A stretch of DNA of 64,000 bases from a virus (lineage: Duplodnaviria; Caudoviricetes): positions 32,001-96,000 of IMG/VR virus record IMGVR_UViG_3300021379_000005. One strand, given 5' to 3'. Below the pieces are notes generated by a model, which saw only the letters and a list, made by a program, of their open reading frames with translations, made no database searches and was not told the origin of the DNA. Within the stretch, counting starts at the first letter, position 1. Each line of letters begins with the position of its first letter. A program made the position numbers and the translations under genes. Positions 50,539-59,343 of this stretch are shown piece by piece.

Positions 50539-50694
50539 ATGTATCGAAATAATTTTGCGTTGATGCAGCACCATAAATATAGTTTGAGTGAATTAGAAGA
50601 TATGATACCGTGGGAAAGAGAAATATATTTAAATCTTTTGATAAACTATATTAAAGAAGAAGAAAAGCGTAGAAAAGACGCAATGAGGAGTTAA
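50539..50694 (+). CDS. gp51: Baseplate hub assembly catalyst gp51-like (possibly made as a -1 frameshift extension of gp26)
   Basis: NFALMQHHKYSLSELEDMIPWEREIY; first ATG after the gp26 stop is at 50539 and lacks a clear RBS; the frame is open back through the gp26 T8 run. Confidence 0.8.
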   Translation: MYRNNFALMQHHKYSLSELEDMIPWEREIYLNLLINYIKEEEKRRKDAMRS

Positions 50695-50695
50695 T

Positions 50696-51025
50696 ATGGA
50701 AGAAGAAATTAAAGCATCTGGACATCACCCCGCCGATACTAATGGAGATGGAAAGGTTTCAAAAGAAGAAGAAAAGATGTATCTTGAGTTTAAAAGAAAA
50801 GAACTAGAAGATGCTGACGCTCGCAGAGATGCAATGCGTCAAATGGCCTGGTTCTCTTTATTCGGTATGTTACTCTATCCATTCGCAGTAGTGATTGCAG
50901 TAGTTGCAGGATTGGATCAAGCATCAAAGATTCTGGGTGACATGGCGGCAACATACTTCGTTTCTGTCGCTGCAATTGTTGCCGCATTCTTTGCGGGCAA
51001 CGCATATTCAGATAAGAAGAAGTAA
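50696..51025 (+). CDS. Small two-TM membrane protein with EF-hand-like loop
   Basis: RBS GAGGAG; DTNGDGKVSKEE; two hydrophobic helices. Confidence 0.75.
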   Translation: MEEEIKASGHHPADTNGDGKVSKEEEKMYLEFKRKELEDADARRDAMRQMAWFSLFGMLLYPFAVVIAVVAGLDQASKILGDMAATYFVSVAAIVAAFFAGNAYSDKKK

Positions 51026-51028
51026 TAA

Positions 51029-53584
51029 ATGGCAAGTCCTGATCTAAAAGCGGTAACAGAAAAACTTATCAGACAAAACCAAGAGGAATTGTCTGCGTCA
51101 TTTAGCGCTGCAACCGATCAGTTGCAATCTGCCGCCGCTAGACAGGCCCTTACAGAAGTTGCTGATATTCTTGGACAGCAAGAAGGTGTGTCTGTAAAAG
51201 AATTCAAAGAAACCAAAAAGAAGATTGACCTTCTTGATGCTGATTTGGCACAACTAGAAGGTGCTACTGACCAAGAAAAGAAAGCACTTCAAGAGATATT
51301 AAGAGCGTCCCAAGAAAGTATCAAACAAAACACTACATTTAAAAAATCTATTGGTGATCTTGCAACAAAGACAGTAGAAAGTTCAATTAGTGGAATTGGT
51401 GGAGTTATTACAGGTGCATTGAGTGGTAGTCCACTATTAGCATTTGGTGCATCATTTGTTGGTGACAGAATTAAACAATTCAGAGAAACAAGAAAAGCAA
51501 ATAAGGCAGAGGAAGAAGAAAGACAAAGAAGAATTATAGAACAGAGAAAAATTGAAGAAGAAGAATTTTCTGTTTTAAGAACACAAATATCAAATGAAGA
51601 AGCCATCTCAAGAGCAAATATAACATCGGAAGAAGTAGCGAACCAAGCACTTGCAAGAGGTATTACTGAACAAGAGGTTATTGACGAACAAAAGAATGCT
51701 ATAATTCGTCAGGCAAAGATTGCAAAAGAGACAGAAGATGCAAACAAGGCAAGAGAAGATGAAATTGAGTCCATTAGAAAAAGTTATGGACTTGATATGT
51801 CAGAGTCTCCAGTATCTGTTCCACAACCAGAAACCTCAGTATCAGACGATAGAGAAAATATTACAATACCATCTCCATCTGAAAATGTTCAAAGTTTATC
51901 TACAGAAGAGACATCCGCTCCAAGTGAAATTTCTCAAATCACAGCAACAAAATTAGATGAAGTAAAAGAACAACTTGGAGAAAACAGTCCATATCTAGAA
52001 GAAGTAGTAAATCTTCTAAAATTCTTGCAGGATACTTCTGACAATCCATCTCCATTAGATTTAGAAAATCAAAGAGAAAATAATAGAGAAAGAAAAATTG
52101 AACAAGATTTAGAAAAAACTCAAATCAAACTTCTCGAACAGATTGTAGAAAACACTGGAAACTTAGATGAAATCTCTGGTGATGGGGGTGGATTTTTGGA
52201 CGGATTGTTAGGTGGAATCGGAGGTGGCCTATTAGACGGCGTTGGAGATGGACGAAGAGGTAGAAGAGGCCGAGGTAACGTTAGAGGAAGAGGCGGTATT
52301 AGAGGTGCATTCTCAAGGGTTGGAGGAGCGGTAAGAAGTGGTGTCGGCCGAGTCGGTTCAGTAGTGAATAGGGCAAGCGGCGGAAGATTTGGCAGACTTG
52401 GAAATTTTGTAAGAAATGTAGGAACTGGGGTTACAGGAAGAGCAAGAAGTTTTATTGGTGGTGGATTGAATGCTGCAAGGGGTGTATTAGGGGGAATTAA
52501 AAACGTTGGATTGAATGCACTAAAACTTGGCGGCGGGGCAGTAGCAGGACTTGCTGCAACTGGAGCGGTAAAAACAGCAAACGCTGCAAGTAATGTTGCG
52601 AGTAATGTAAAAAATACAATGACTTCGATGCCTGATAGAATAAAAGGTGTTGGTAGTGCAATACCCGACAAACTTCCAAAAACGCCAAGTATTTCAGTGC
52701 CCCCAAAAATGCCATCAGTAATGGATAAAATAACAGCACCAGCAAAAGGAGTTGGTGCAAAAATAAGTGGACTTGCATCTAAAGTAACTGGAAAGGGCGC
52801 CGCAAGTGTCGCTACAAAGGGGGCTGCAACTGCTGGTAAAACTGCTAGTAAGGGACTTGGGAAATCTTTATTGAAAAAAATCCCCGGCGTTGGTTTAATT
52901 GCAGGATTGGGATTTGGTGCTCAAAGAGCATTTAGTGGAGACTTCTCTGGTGCAGGCCTAGAGGTACTTTCTGGACTTACTAGTATAATACCAGGCCTTG
53001 GTACTGCTGCGTCAACGGCGATTGATGCTGGACTCATGGCGAAGGATATGGGTGCATTTGATGGAGAAGAAGGTGCATCAGTTCCAGAGATATCTCCAGA
53101 AGATCAAAAAGCAGAACTTCAGTCAAAAATTGCAGAGGCAAAAGATAGAATTACCAGAAGTGAAGGTGGTGAAAATGTTTATTGGGGCAGAGATTCTAAA
53201 GGCAGAGAAGAAGATGCAGCAGAAATAGAAAAACTACAAGCTGAATTAGACAAATTGAACATCACTCCAAAAATGATGGATTTTGATTCTGGTGTTTCTG
53301 CACAAGAAATGATGGATGCTGATTCTGGTGTTTCTGCACAAGAATCATTCTCAAGTGATGTTCCTAACAAAAAATTAGAAGCGTCTAATATGATGGACAG
53401 TGTTGCTATGGATAAATCTACATCAGAAGCGAAACAGGCTGCGAACATTATAAATGCGCCGCAACAAAATACTGTGAATAATGTAACCAACAATTCAACA
53501 ATTATGCCTAAACAAAAACCAGAAGTAAGACATACTGATGGTGCTGTGAGGGATGCTAAGTTATCTTTAGTGGGAGCATGGTAG
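51029..53584 (+). CDS. Tape-measure/gp29-like baseplate hub protein (851 aa)
   Basis: Follows gp26/gp51; helical N-terminus, Gly/Ala-rich middle (KKIPGVGLIAGLGFG...IPGLGTAAS) and a C-terminal NAPQQNTVNN motif. Confidence 0.65.
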   Translation: MASPDLKAVTEKLIRQNQEELSASFSAATDQLQSAAARQALTEVADILGQQEGVSVKEFKETKKKIDLLDADLAQLEGATDQEKKALQEILRASQESIKQNTTFKKSIGDLATKTVESSISGIGGVITGALSGSPLLAFGASFVGDRIKQFRETRKANKAEEEERQRRIIEQRKIEEEEFSVLRTQISNEEAISRANITSEEVANQALARGITEQEVIDEQKNAIIRQAKIAKETEDANKAREDEIESIRKSYGLDMSESPVSVPQPETSVSDDRENITIPSPSENVQSLSTEETSAPSEISQITATKLDEVKEQLGENSPYLEEVVNLLKFLQDTSDNPSPLDLENQRENNRERKIEQDLEKTQIKLLEQIVENTGNLDEISGDGGGFLDGLLGGIGGGLLDGVGDGRRGRRGRGNVRGRGGIRGAFSRVGGAVRSGVGRVGSVVNRASGGRFGRLGNFVRNVGTGVTGRARSFIGGGLNAARGVLGGIKNVGLNALKLGGGAVAGLAATGAVKTANAASNVASNVKNTMTSMPDRIKGVGSAIPDKLPKTPSISVPPKMPSVMDKITAPAKGVGAKISGLASKVTGKGAASVATKGAATAGKTASKGLGKSLLKKIPGVGLIAGLGFGAQRAFSGDFSGAGLEVLSGLTSIIPGLGTAASTAIDAGLMAKDMGAFDGEEGASVPEISPEDQKAELQSKIAEAKDRITRSEGGENVYWGRDSKGREEDAAEIEKLQAELDKLNITPKMMDFDSGVSAQEMMDADSGVSAQESFSSDVPNKKLEASNMMDSVAMDKSTSEAKQAANIINAPQQNTVNNVTNNSTIMPKQKPEVRHTDGAVRDAKLSLVGAW

Positions 53585-53591
53585 GAACCTT

Positions 53592-53705
53592 TCAGTTCCC
53601 ACACATAACTCTTTTTGCTTCTTCGTATAAACCCTGTTGTGCAAGAACATGTGCGGCTCTTGCTCTTCCAATACGTTCAAAAGTTTCTAAAATTCTTTTA
53701 AACAT
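53592..53705 (-). CDS. Small protein, 37 aa (MFKRILETFERIGRARAAHVLAQQGLYEEAKRVMCGN)
   Basis: Manual translation; start overlaps the end of the DUF1127 gene. Confidence 0.6.
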   Translation of the reverse strand: MFKRILETFERIGRARAAHVLAQQGLYEEAKRVMCGN

Positions 53706-53913
53706 CTTTTAAATCCAATTCCATTGCAATAGATTTTATCTGTGATCTAGCAATACCAATATCATGTAAATCTCTATCGGATAGTGAATTTAATTCTTTT
53801 ATAGTTTCTTTTTGAAGTTTTCTCAATTTCATTCTTCTTTTTAAATCATCAATTAGATCTAAAAATGAAGAAATGTTTAACCATTCTGATGCTGTTAATA
53901 CTAATTGTGTCAT
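53698..53913 (-). CDS. DUF1127 (YjiS-like) small protein
   Basis: ETIKELNSLSDRDLHDIGIARSQI matches the DUF1127 L..LSD..L.DIG..R..I signature; RBS GGAG. Confidence 0.85.
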   Translation of the reverse strand: MTQLVLTASEWLNISSFLDLIDDLKRRMKLRKLQKETIKELNSLSDRDLHDIGIARSQIKSIAMELDLKDV

Positions 53914-53924
53914 CTAATTCTCCG

Positions 53925-54026
53925 TTAATTAACATACGGTAAAATAGACATAAACATAACTGCAGCCACAATAGTAAGTGATACAGTAAGAACACTCAAA
54001 CTTTTAATAATTTCTTCGACACTCAT
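53925..54026 (-). CDS. Small single-TM protein, 33 aa (MSVEEIIKSLSVLTVSLTIVAAVMFMSILPYVN)
   Basis: Manual translation; strong RBS CAGGAG upstream. Confidence 0.6.
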   Translation of the reverse strand: MSVEEIIKSLSVLTVSLTIVAAVMFMSILPYVN

Positions 54027-54127
54027 TCTATTCTCCTGTGTATGATATGTGTGAAATGTCAGCGATTCTGACAAAAATATTTATTTCGCAAGTGCAGAAA
54101 ATTGTCATGTAATTATTGCAAGTTCGT

Positions 54128-54144
54128 TATGCAATCTAAACATA
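54128..54144. promoter_or_regulatory. Candidate LysR-type (T-N11-A) box upstream of the DUF1127 cassette
   Basis: TATG-CAATCTAAA-CATA dyad. Confidence 0.4.
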
Positions 54145-54152
54145 TCTAAGAC

Positions 54153-54184
54153 AAAAAAAGGGCAAGGATTTCTCCCTGCCCTTT
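54153..54184 (-). terminator. Rho-independent terminator downstream of gp32
   Basis: AAAGGGCAGGGA-GAAA-TCCTTGCCCTTT followed by a T-run. Confidence 0.85.
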
Positions 54185-54302
54185 CCCACACTCAGTTCTT
54201 TGTATGCGATAATAGATGGCGGTCGAGTGTGTTGTATACCCTCTATTACCTGTATGGACTCTGTGTCGTGTCTTACACTAACACTTCAGTGCCACCAACT
54301 GT

Positions 54303-55211
54303 CTAACTTTCATCTGCAAGACGTTCAAAGTATGAGATTGAATCGTCTTCTTCATCTTCATCATAAGATACAGACTTTGGTTCTGGCGCAGGCGCAGATT
54401 TAGTCTGAGTAGGTTCAGTATAGTATGAAGAATCATCAGAAACAAAATCTGTTTCTACTGAAACTGCAGACTGTTGAAGTCCAAGAACACGGTCAAGGCG
54501 TTCCTTGAGTTGTTCATAAGACTTGAACTTCTCTTCACTTACAAACTCTTGCAATGAATATAGTTGGTTATAGATTGTTTCCAATTCTGAATCATCATCT
54601 GCAAGTGGTGCTTGAGAGTCGAATTCAGACTTATCATAGTTACCATAACCATCAACAGTACGATACTTCAGTTTAAAGTTTGCACCGTCCCAAAAATCAA
54701 ATGGGTTGTAACGAGCTTCATCTTCAAAATGAGGATTCATTGCCTCGTTCAACTTGTCAAAGATTTTCTTACCGTATGAGTAAAGAAAAACTTTTCCTTC
54801 ATTATCTGGGTTTGCAGGATCTTTTACAACATAAATGTTCGAAAGAAACTTGAGTTTACGTTTACGATCACGAGCAAGGTTTTGATTGTCTTGTGAACCA
54901 GTATTCCATAGTTCAGTGTTAGACTCACAAACAGGACACTGTTTGTTGATTGTAGTAAGGCAGTTATCAATCAACCAACCGCCTGGGCCTTTAAATCCAT
55001 GATTAAACACACGAACCCAAGGAATATCTTCACCATCTGCAGGGGGAAGGAAACGAATTACAGCATAACTGTTACCATCCTTACCAATAGTTGGTTTCCA
55101 AAATCGATCATCGATATTTGATGTGGTTTGTTGTGGGGATTGGGTTTTTTCCAACTCTTCCGCAAGACGGGCAAAGTTAGAGCGACCTTTTTTAAGGTTT
55201 GCAAAAGACAT
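54303..55211 (-). CDS. gp32: Single-stranded DNA-binding protein gp32
   Basis: DDRFWKP, AVIRFLP, CLTT...CPVCE, YGKKIFDK, NPFDFWDGANFKLK, NYDKSEF and an acidic tail. Confidence 0.97.
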   Translation of the reverse strand: MSFANLKKGRSNFARLAEELEKTQSPQQTTSNIDDRFWKPTIGKDGNSYAVIRFLPPADGEDIPWVRVFNHGFKGPGGWLIDNCLTTINKQCPVCESNTELWNTGSQDNQNLARDRKRKLKFLSNIYVVKDPANPDNEGKVFLYSYGKKIFDKLNEAMNPHFEDEARYNPFDFWDGANFKLKYRTVDGYGNYDKSEFDSQAPLADDDSELETIYNQLYSLQEFVSEEKFKSYEQLKERLDRVLGLQQSAVSVETDFVSDDSSYYTEPTQTKSAPAPEPKSVSYDEDEEDDSISYFERLADES

Positions 55212-55254
55212 AAATTTTCTCCTTTATACGTTATATGCGTTTTGTATTTTTACT

Positions 55255-55283
55255 AATATACTATATTATCCAAGAGCTGTCAA
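55255..55283 (-). promoter_or_regulatory. Sigma70-type promoter for gp32
   Basis: TTGACA-17 nt-TATATT. Confidence 0.7.
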
Positions 55284-55975
55284 CTAGTTTTTTTAATTAA
55301 TTGACCATAATCTTCATAATAATCATCAATCAATATGTCCCTAAGAACATTAACATAATAATTAACATCTATGTCCAAGAAAGACATATAGTCTTTTACT
55401 TTCTTAGTATATATAGGCCAATAAGTTGTATCATTTATTTTGACCTTATCTATGAAAGCAAAAATCTTTTCAAAGATAATTAACGTTTCTAATGAAAGTT
55501 CTCCACGTTTTTCTAAGAATACAATAAATGGGTAGTCATTGTCAATAGATTTAAATATAGAATTGAATTCCATATTTTCTTCAGACGCCCTTGTAAACAA
55601 CACATGACAATCATTAGTAAAAGTATACTTTATACTTTGAATTCTTTTCTTCCAATTTTTATATGTATCATAGGATTCTTTATCTAAAAGATTTCCTGTC
55701 CACATAAACTCATTGCGAGAAATTGCAAGATTACCATTTTCTGTTACATTCAAGAACAAGGCAAGTAAAAACTCTTCCAAACTCTTTTTATCAAATCTTC
55801 TGGAAAGTTCTTCAAAAGTTCTTCTGTCTCTCCTGTTATAATAAGTTTCTTTCTTTGGGGAAACCTTCCCCTTATACTTTATAAAATCATACTCACTATT
55901 AAAATGACTTTTCATTGCAAGATAAATTTTAAACGCTTCAAAGTCATCTATCTTTTTTCCAGACATGGTAATCAT
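55280..55975 (-). CDS. gp59: Helicase loader gp59
   Basis: FKIYLAMKSHF..YDFIKYKGK, WKKRIQS..Y.F..D and SLETLII; lies between gp33 and gp32. Confidence 0.88.
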   Translation of the reverse strand: MITMSGKKIDDFEAFKIYLAMKSHFNSEYDFIKYKGKVSPKKETYYNRRDRRTFEELSRRFDKKSLEEFLLALFLNVTENGNLAISRNEFMWTGNLLDKESYDTYKNWKKRIQSIKYTFTNDCHVLFTRASEENMEFNSIFKSIDNDYPFIVFLEKRGELSLETLIIFEKIFAFIDKVKINDTTYWPIYTKKVKDYMSFLDIDVNYYVNVLRDILIDDYYEDYGQLIKKTS

Positions 55976-56196
55976 AGAGGCAATTTTTCTGTAGACTTCT
56001 GAACCATGTTCAGTCCTTCTGCCTCGTATTTAATTTTTTCTTTAATGAAAGGACTCAACAGAGAAACTACATTTTCTATTTCTAAATTATTCTTTTCACA
56101 GTAGTATGTGATTGTGTCGATATACGAACTGTTTAATTTAGAAACCTGTTTTTCTATCTCATCACTAAATTCTTTCGAACTCTTAAGTTTCAACAT
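55972..56196 (-). CDS. gp33: Late promoter transcription coactivator gp33
   Basis: FS.EIE..V....SYID.I..YCEKN.LEIE.V..L....KEKIKYEA..LN. Confidence 0.88.
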   Translation of the reverse strand: MLKLKSSKEFSDEIEKQVSKLNSSYIDTITYYCEKNNLEIENVVSLLSPFIKEKIKYEAEGLNMVQKSTEKLPL

Positions 56197-56231
56197 TATA
56201 ATAAATTCTCCTTAGATATGTGTTACAGCGT

Positions 56232-56260
56232 ATAATACGCTATAACACACGTTTTGTCAA
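56232..56260 (-). promoter_or_regulatory. Sigma70-type promoter for gp33-gp59, with the -10 box inside an inverted repeat
   Basis: TTGACA-17 nt-TATTAT; palindrome GTGTTACAGCGTA-TAA-TACGCTATAACAC at about 56220-56248. Confidence 0.7.
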
Positions 56261-56264
56261 TAGA

Positions 56265-56426
56265 TTATTCTGATTTCCAGATAGTCCAAAGACCATAAAC
56301 AATCGCTGCATATGCAGCCCATGTAATTAAACCATCAAAGAGAAGTGCAACAACACCCATCGCAATAAGTGCGCCGCCATCCCATGATGTTCTTTCTGCC
56401 AATCTGGCTTTGATCCAATTTACCAT
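56265..56426 (-). CDS. Small two-TM membrane protein, 53 aa (holin-like)
   Basis: Manual translation MVNWIKARLAERTSWDGGALIAMGVVALLFDGLITWAAYAAIVYGLWTIWKSE; RBS GGGAG. Confidence 0.7.
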   Translation of the reverse strand: MVNWIKARLAERTSWDGGALIAMGVVALLFDGLITWAAYAAIVYGLWTIWKSE

Positions 56427-56427
56427 A

Positions 56428-57219
56428 TTACATTCTCCCTATAATGCTTGTGATTTCAACTTGTGCCACTGGGTCTAAATTCATAGCACTTACATCTTCT
56501 GTTTCGAAGGTGATATCTGCCCTGCAGTCTACCTTAGACCCCTGCTTTGAAAAATAATTGGGCAGAACTTTAAAATAACTATTCTGCGAATTTATAAAAT
56601 CTCTAAAAATAAACTCATTCTCGCCAAGTTCCTTGCCCACAGACAAAGAAAATCCTACGGTTGGAATCTTATCTATATCCCATCTTAAAATTCTTTGCCA
56701 TCCAAGTGGAGCGCCTGGACATAAATCTCCTTTAGTATAAAGTTCCGTACTACGAACAGGAGTATTATCAGAGATTACTTCTGTAATTCTGAATCTCAAC
56801 TTAGAATCTACTGATGCTTTATAATTACAATATATTTTTATAGATTGTTCTTGTGCTGTATTGTTTTGATAAATGTGGGTAGAATTGTTTGCGGTGCTAA
56901 TACTTTCACCAATCTCTGGTTCATCAAGTGGAATGATACCACATTGAACTCGATCTAAAGTATTTGTTTTTTCATATTCAAATTTAATAGTAGTAGCGGG
57001 GTTTACTCGAAAGATTTTTTCTCTGTAATTGTTAGTAGCAGGCAAAAGAATGTTTCCATCAAATAGTACAATATCACTAGATCGAATGCCAGGCTTTCTT
57101 TTAAAACCACCGACAAACAAATGTCCCGCTCTTGTTCTTGTGTTGTAATCATACATCACTCCCAAATAGTCTGGGACTCCTACATATCTTCTTGCACTAC
57201 TTTTTAGATATTGAACCAT
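56428..57219 (-). CDS. Hypothetical protein (263 aa)
   Basis: ORF in operon context; no recognised motif. Confidence 0.7.
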   Translation of the reverse strand: MVQYLKSSARRYVGVPDYLGVMYDYNTRTRAGHLFVGGFKRKPGIRSSDIVLFDGNILLPATNNYREKIFRVNPATTIKFEYEKTNTLDRVQCGIIPLDEPEIGESISTANNSTHIYQNNTAQEQSIKIYCNYKASVDSKLRFRITEVISDNTPVRSTELYTKGDLCPGAPLGWQRILRWDIDKIPTVGFSLSVGKELGENEFIFRDFINSQNSYFKVLPNYFSKQGSKVDCRADITFETEDVSAMNLDPVAQVEITSIIGRM

Positions 57220-57231
57220 GTTTTTTATTTC

Positions 57232-57900
57232 CTACAATTGTGCTTTATATTCTGTTATCATTTCTATCAATCCATTGATATGACTATCACGTTTAGAAGT
57301 ATAAACTTCCGCATCTTTTTGGTCATCAATGGCCGCAATGATTACTAGATTATTTATAGGAATTTTTGTCCTCTCTTCAAACATAACAGCATAACCAGAT
57401 GCTTGTCTGAAGTAGTTTTCCAGTTTATTTGGATGCATTGACTTTCTTGATGTTTTAAAATCAATAATAGAAAGTTTACCATCAAAATATGCAATACAAT
57501 CACATTTTCCTGCAATTCCTAGATGTTCAGAATACATTGGCCACTCTTGAACATACACATCATCTAATCTAGTATCAAGAGTTTCTTTCAATGTAAGAAA
57601 CATCTCTGTATCATTCGGCATGAGTTTACTATAATCTATTTCTATGTTATTTATATAATCTTCGCACAACTGATGAACAGAAGTTCCTCTTCTCGCAGCT
57701 TGGGTGGTAATTCTATTAGCTTCCTTTTCGCCTACACGCTTTCTCCATTCCATAATGGACTTCTTAGAAAAATGTGATATGACAGTTGTTATCGAAGGAT
57801 ATTTGTTGCCATTTTCATCATAGTAATATCTAGTACCAGACTTAAGGGTTTCACTTCTAAGTGAAATTTCAGGCAGATCCAATTCAACATGATTAAACAT
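57232..57900 (-). CDS. PD-(D/E)XK exonuclease of T4-like phages
   Basis: YPSITTV, EWRKRVGE.EA, RGT.VH...E.Y, AGKCDCIA...IIDFKTS and Q..GYA.MFEE. Confidence 0.85.
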   Translation of the reverse strand: MFNHVELDLPEISLRSETLKSGTRYYYDENGNKYPSITTVISHFSKKSIMEWRKRVGEKEANRITTQAARRGTSVHQLCEDYINNIEIDYSKLMPNDTEMFLTLKETLDTRLDDVYVQEWPMYSEHLGIAGKCDCIAYFDGKLSIIDFKTSRKSMHPNKLENYFRQASGYAVMFEERTKIPINNLVIIAAIDDQKDAEVYTSKRDSHINGLIEMITEYKAQL

Positions 57901-57921
57901 AAATTACTCCAAATTTATTAA

Positions 57922-57950
57922 AGTATATCAAATATCCTTCGATATGTCAA
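57922..57950 (-). promoter_or_regulatory. Sigma70-type promoter
   Basis: TTGACA-17 nt-TATACT upstream of the exonuclease. Confidence 0.75.
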
Positions 57951-57956
57951 GCAGTT

Positions 57957-58304
57957 TTATGAAATTTCTTCCTTTTCGTGTCTCGACTTAAGTTCTTCTA
58001 TCGCCTCATCAATATTCTGTATCATTGCATTTTCAATACCATAATGTCTATCCATTATGGCCTGCAGTATAATCCCAAGGAAACTTAAATCATCGACAAG
58101 AACTTTATTACTTAAATCAAATCCATACTCGTCTGACATAATATAAACAAATTCATCAAGGAGTTCATTTGTCATTCCAATAGACACATCATAATCTTCA
58201 TCCATACCACCTAAGTTAATAAACGACTTTATATCTTCCAAGTTATTACTTTTAGATTTTGTTTTAGCAGAAAAAATATCTTTTGCTTCGATTATGTTTT
58301 TCAT
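57957..58304 (-). CDS. Hypothetical protein (115 aa)
   Basis: RBS AGGAGG; acidic, helical. Confidence 0.7.
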   Translation of the reverse strand: MKNIIEAKDIFSAKTKSKSNNLEDIKSFINLGGMDEDYDVSIGMTNELLDEFVYIMSDEYGFDLSNKVLVDDLSFLGIILQAIMDRHYGIENAMIQNIDEAIEELKSRHEKEEIS

Positions 58305-58316
58305 TTTGAGCCTCCT

Positions 58317-59033
58317 TTAGGCAAAACCCAATTCTAATTTATTAATTATGTAGGATTTTACCAAAGGACTTCTGACAATATCTTGTTGCATAAACTCAAT
58401 GAAAGAAAAACGATCCATACTTTTTATGATTTTCATAAAGTCAAGTATTCCATCTTTTTCATCTTTCCATTTAAAGTCTGACTGTCTAAAGTCTCCACAG
58501 AAAATTATTTTACAGTTGTCTCCTATTCTAGTTATGACAGAATCCAGTTCATGAAAATTCATGTTCTGGCATTCATCCACAATAATAATACTATCATAAA
58601 AGGTCATACCTCTTATGTAAGATGTTGAATTAAAATTTATGAGGGAAGTTTTTCGTAAACTTTCGTATGCACTACCGCATTCGAATAATTCGTTTATTAT
58701 GGTTCTATATGGGGTTTCGTATGATTGAAGTTTTTGTTTTTCCGAGCCGGGCAGAAAACCCATATCCCTTGTCGGAACAACACTTCTGATAATTTGTATA
58801 TCTCTATAACTAGAAGATTTGTTCATTAATTCATCTAGTGCAAGGTATAGAGAAATATATGTTTTTCCTGTCCCTGCAACTCCATGAAGAAACAAATGAT
58901 CTTCATAAAAGGCATCGAATACTTCTTCTTGTGCCGGTGTTATTGGTGTAATTTTTTTTAGTTGTGTTCGTGCGTCAATCCCTATTAATCTACTATTATT
59001 GTTTGATTTTGTCTTTCTAGCTTTTCTACTCAC
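58317..59033 (-). CDS. phoH: PhoH-like ATPase
   Basis: GVAGTGKT Walker A, RSVVPTRDMGFLPG, YIRGMTF, IIVDECQN, GDFRQSD and DIVRS. Confidence 0.95.
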   Translation of the reverse strand: MSRKARKTKSNNNSRLIGIDARTQLKKITPITPAQEEVFDAFYEDHLFLHGVAGTGKTYISLYLALDELMNKSSSYRDIQIIRSVVPTRDMGFLPGSEKQKLQSYETPYRTIINELFECGSAYESLRKTSLINFNSTSYIRGMTFYDSIIIVDECQNMNFHELDSVITRIGDNCKIIFCGDFRQSDFKWKDEKDGILDFMKIIKSMDRFSFIEFMQQDIVRSPLVKSYIINKLELGFA

Positions 59034-59073
59034 TAATGAGACTCCTCTGAAAGCTGGAATCTACGGCGAAAAA

Positions 59074-59343
59074 TTACATATTAAATTTAGACTCTGTTTT
59101 AGCTGCTCCAGGCACCTTTGCCACTTTATCTAATACATTCTCCTTAAATGATTGTGGAACCTTTTGTCTGCCCATACGAATAGGATCTCCAATAGAAGGA
59201 GCACCAGTAAGAAATTGTTGGATTTTTCCTGTAACGTTACAGTTGGGACAAGAGCCATTTAAATGTTCTTCTCTTTCAGCAATACGACACCAAATTTCAT
59301 ATTCATGTTCACAATCAGTACATTTAAAATCATATCTTGGCAT
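59074..59343 (-). CDS. FmdB-family zinc-ribbon protein
   Basis: MPRYDFKCTDC...CPNC. Confidence 0.8.
   Translation of the reverse strand: MPRYDFKCTDCEHEYEIWCRIAEREEHLNGSCPNCNVTGKIQQFLTGAPSIGDPIRMGRQKVPQSFKENVLDKVAKVPGAAKTESKFNM

Noticed and set aside
51289-53604. Minus-strand ORFs within the tape-measure gene (105, 183, 93 and 141 aa)
   Set aside because: Antisense shadows of a low-complexity coding region.
57232-57900. Exonuclease as a Cas4/CRISPR component
   Set aside because: No array or other cas genes are present; this is the common T4-like PD-(D/E)XK exonuclease.
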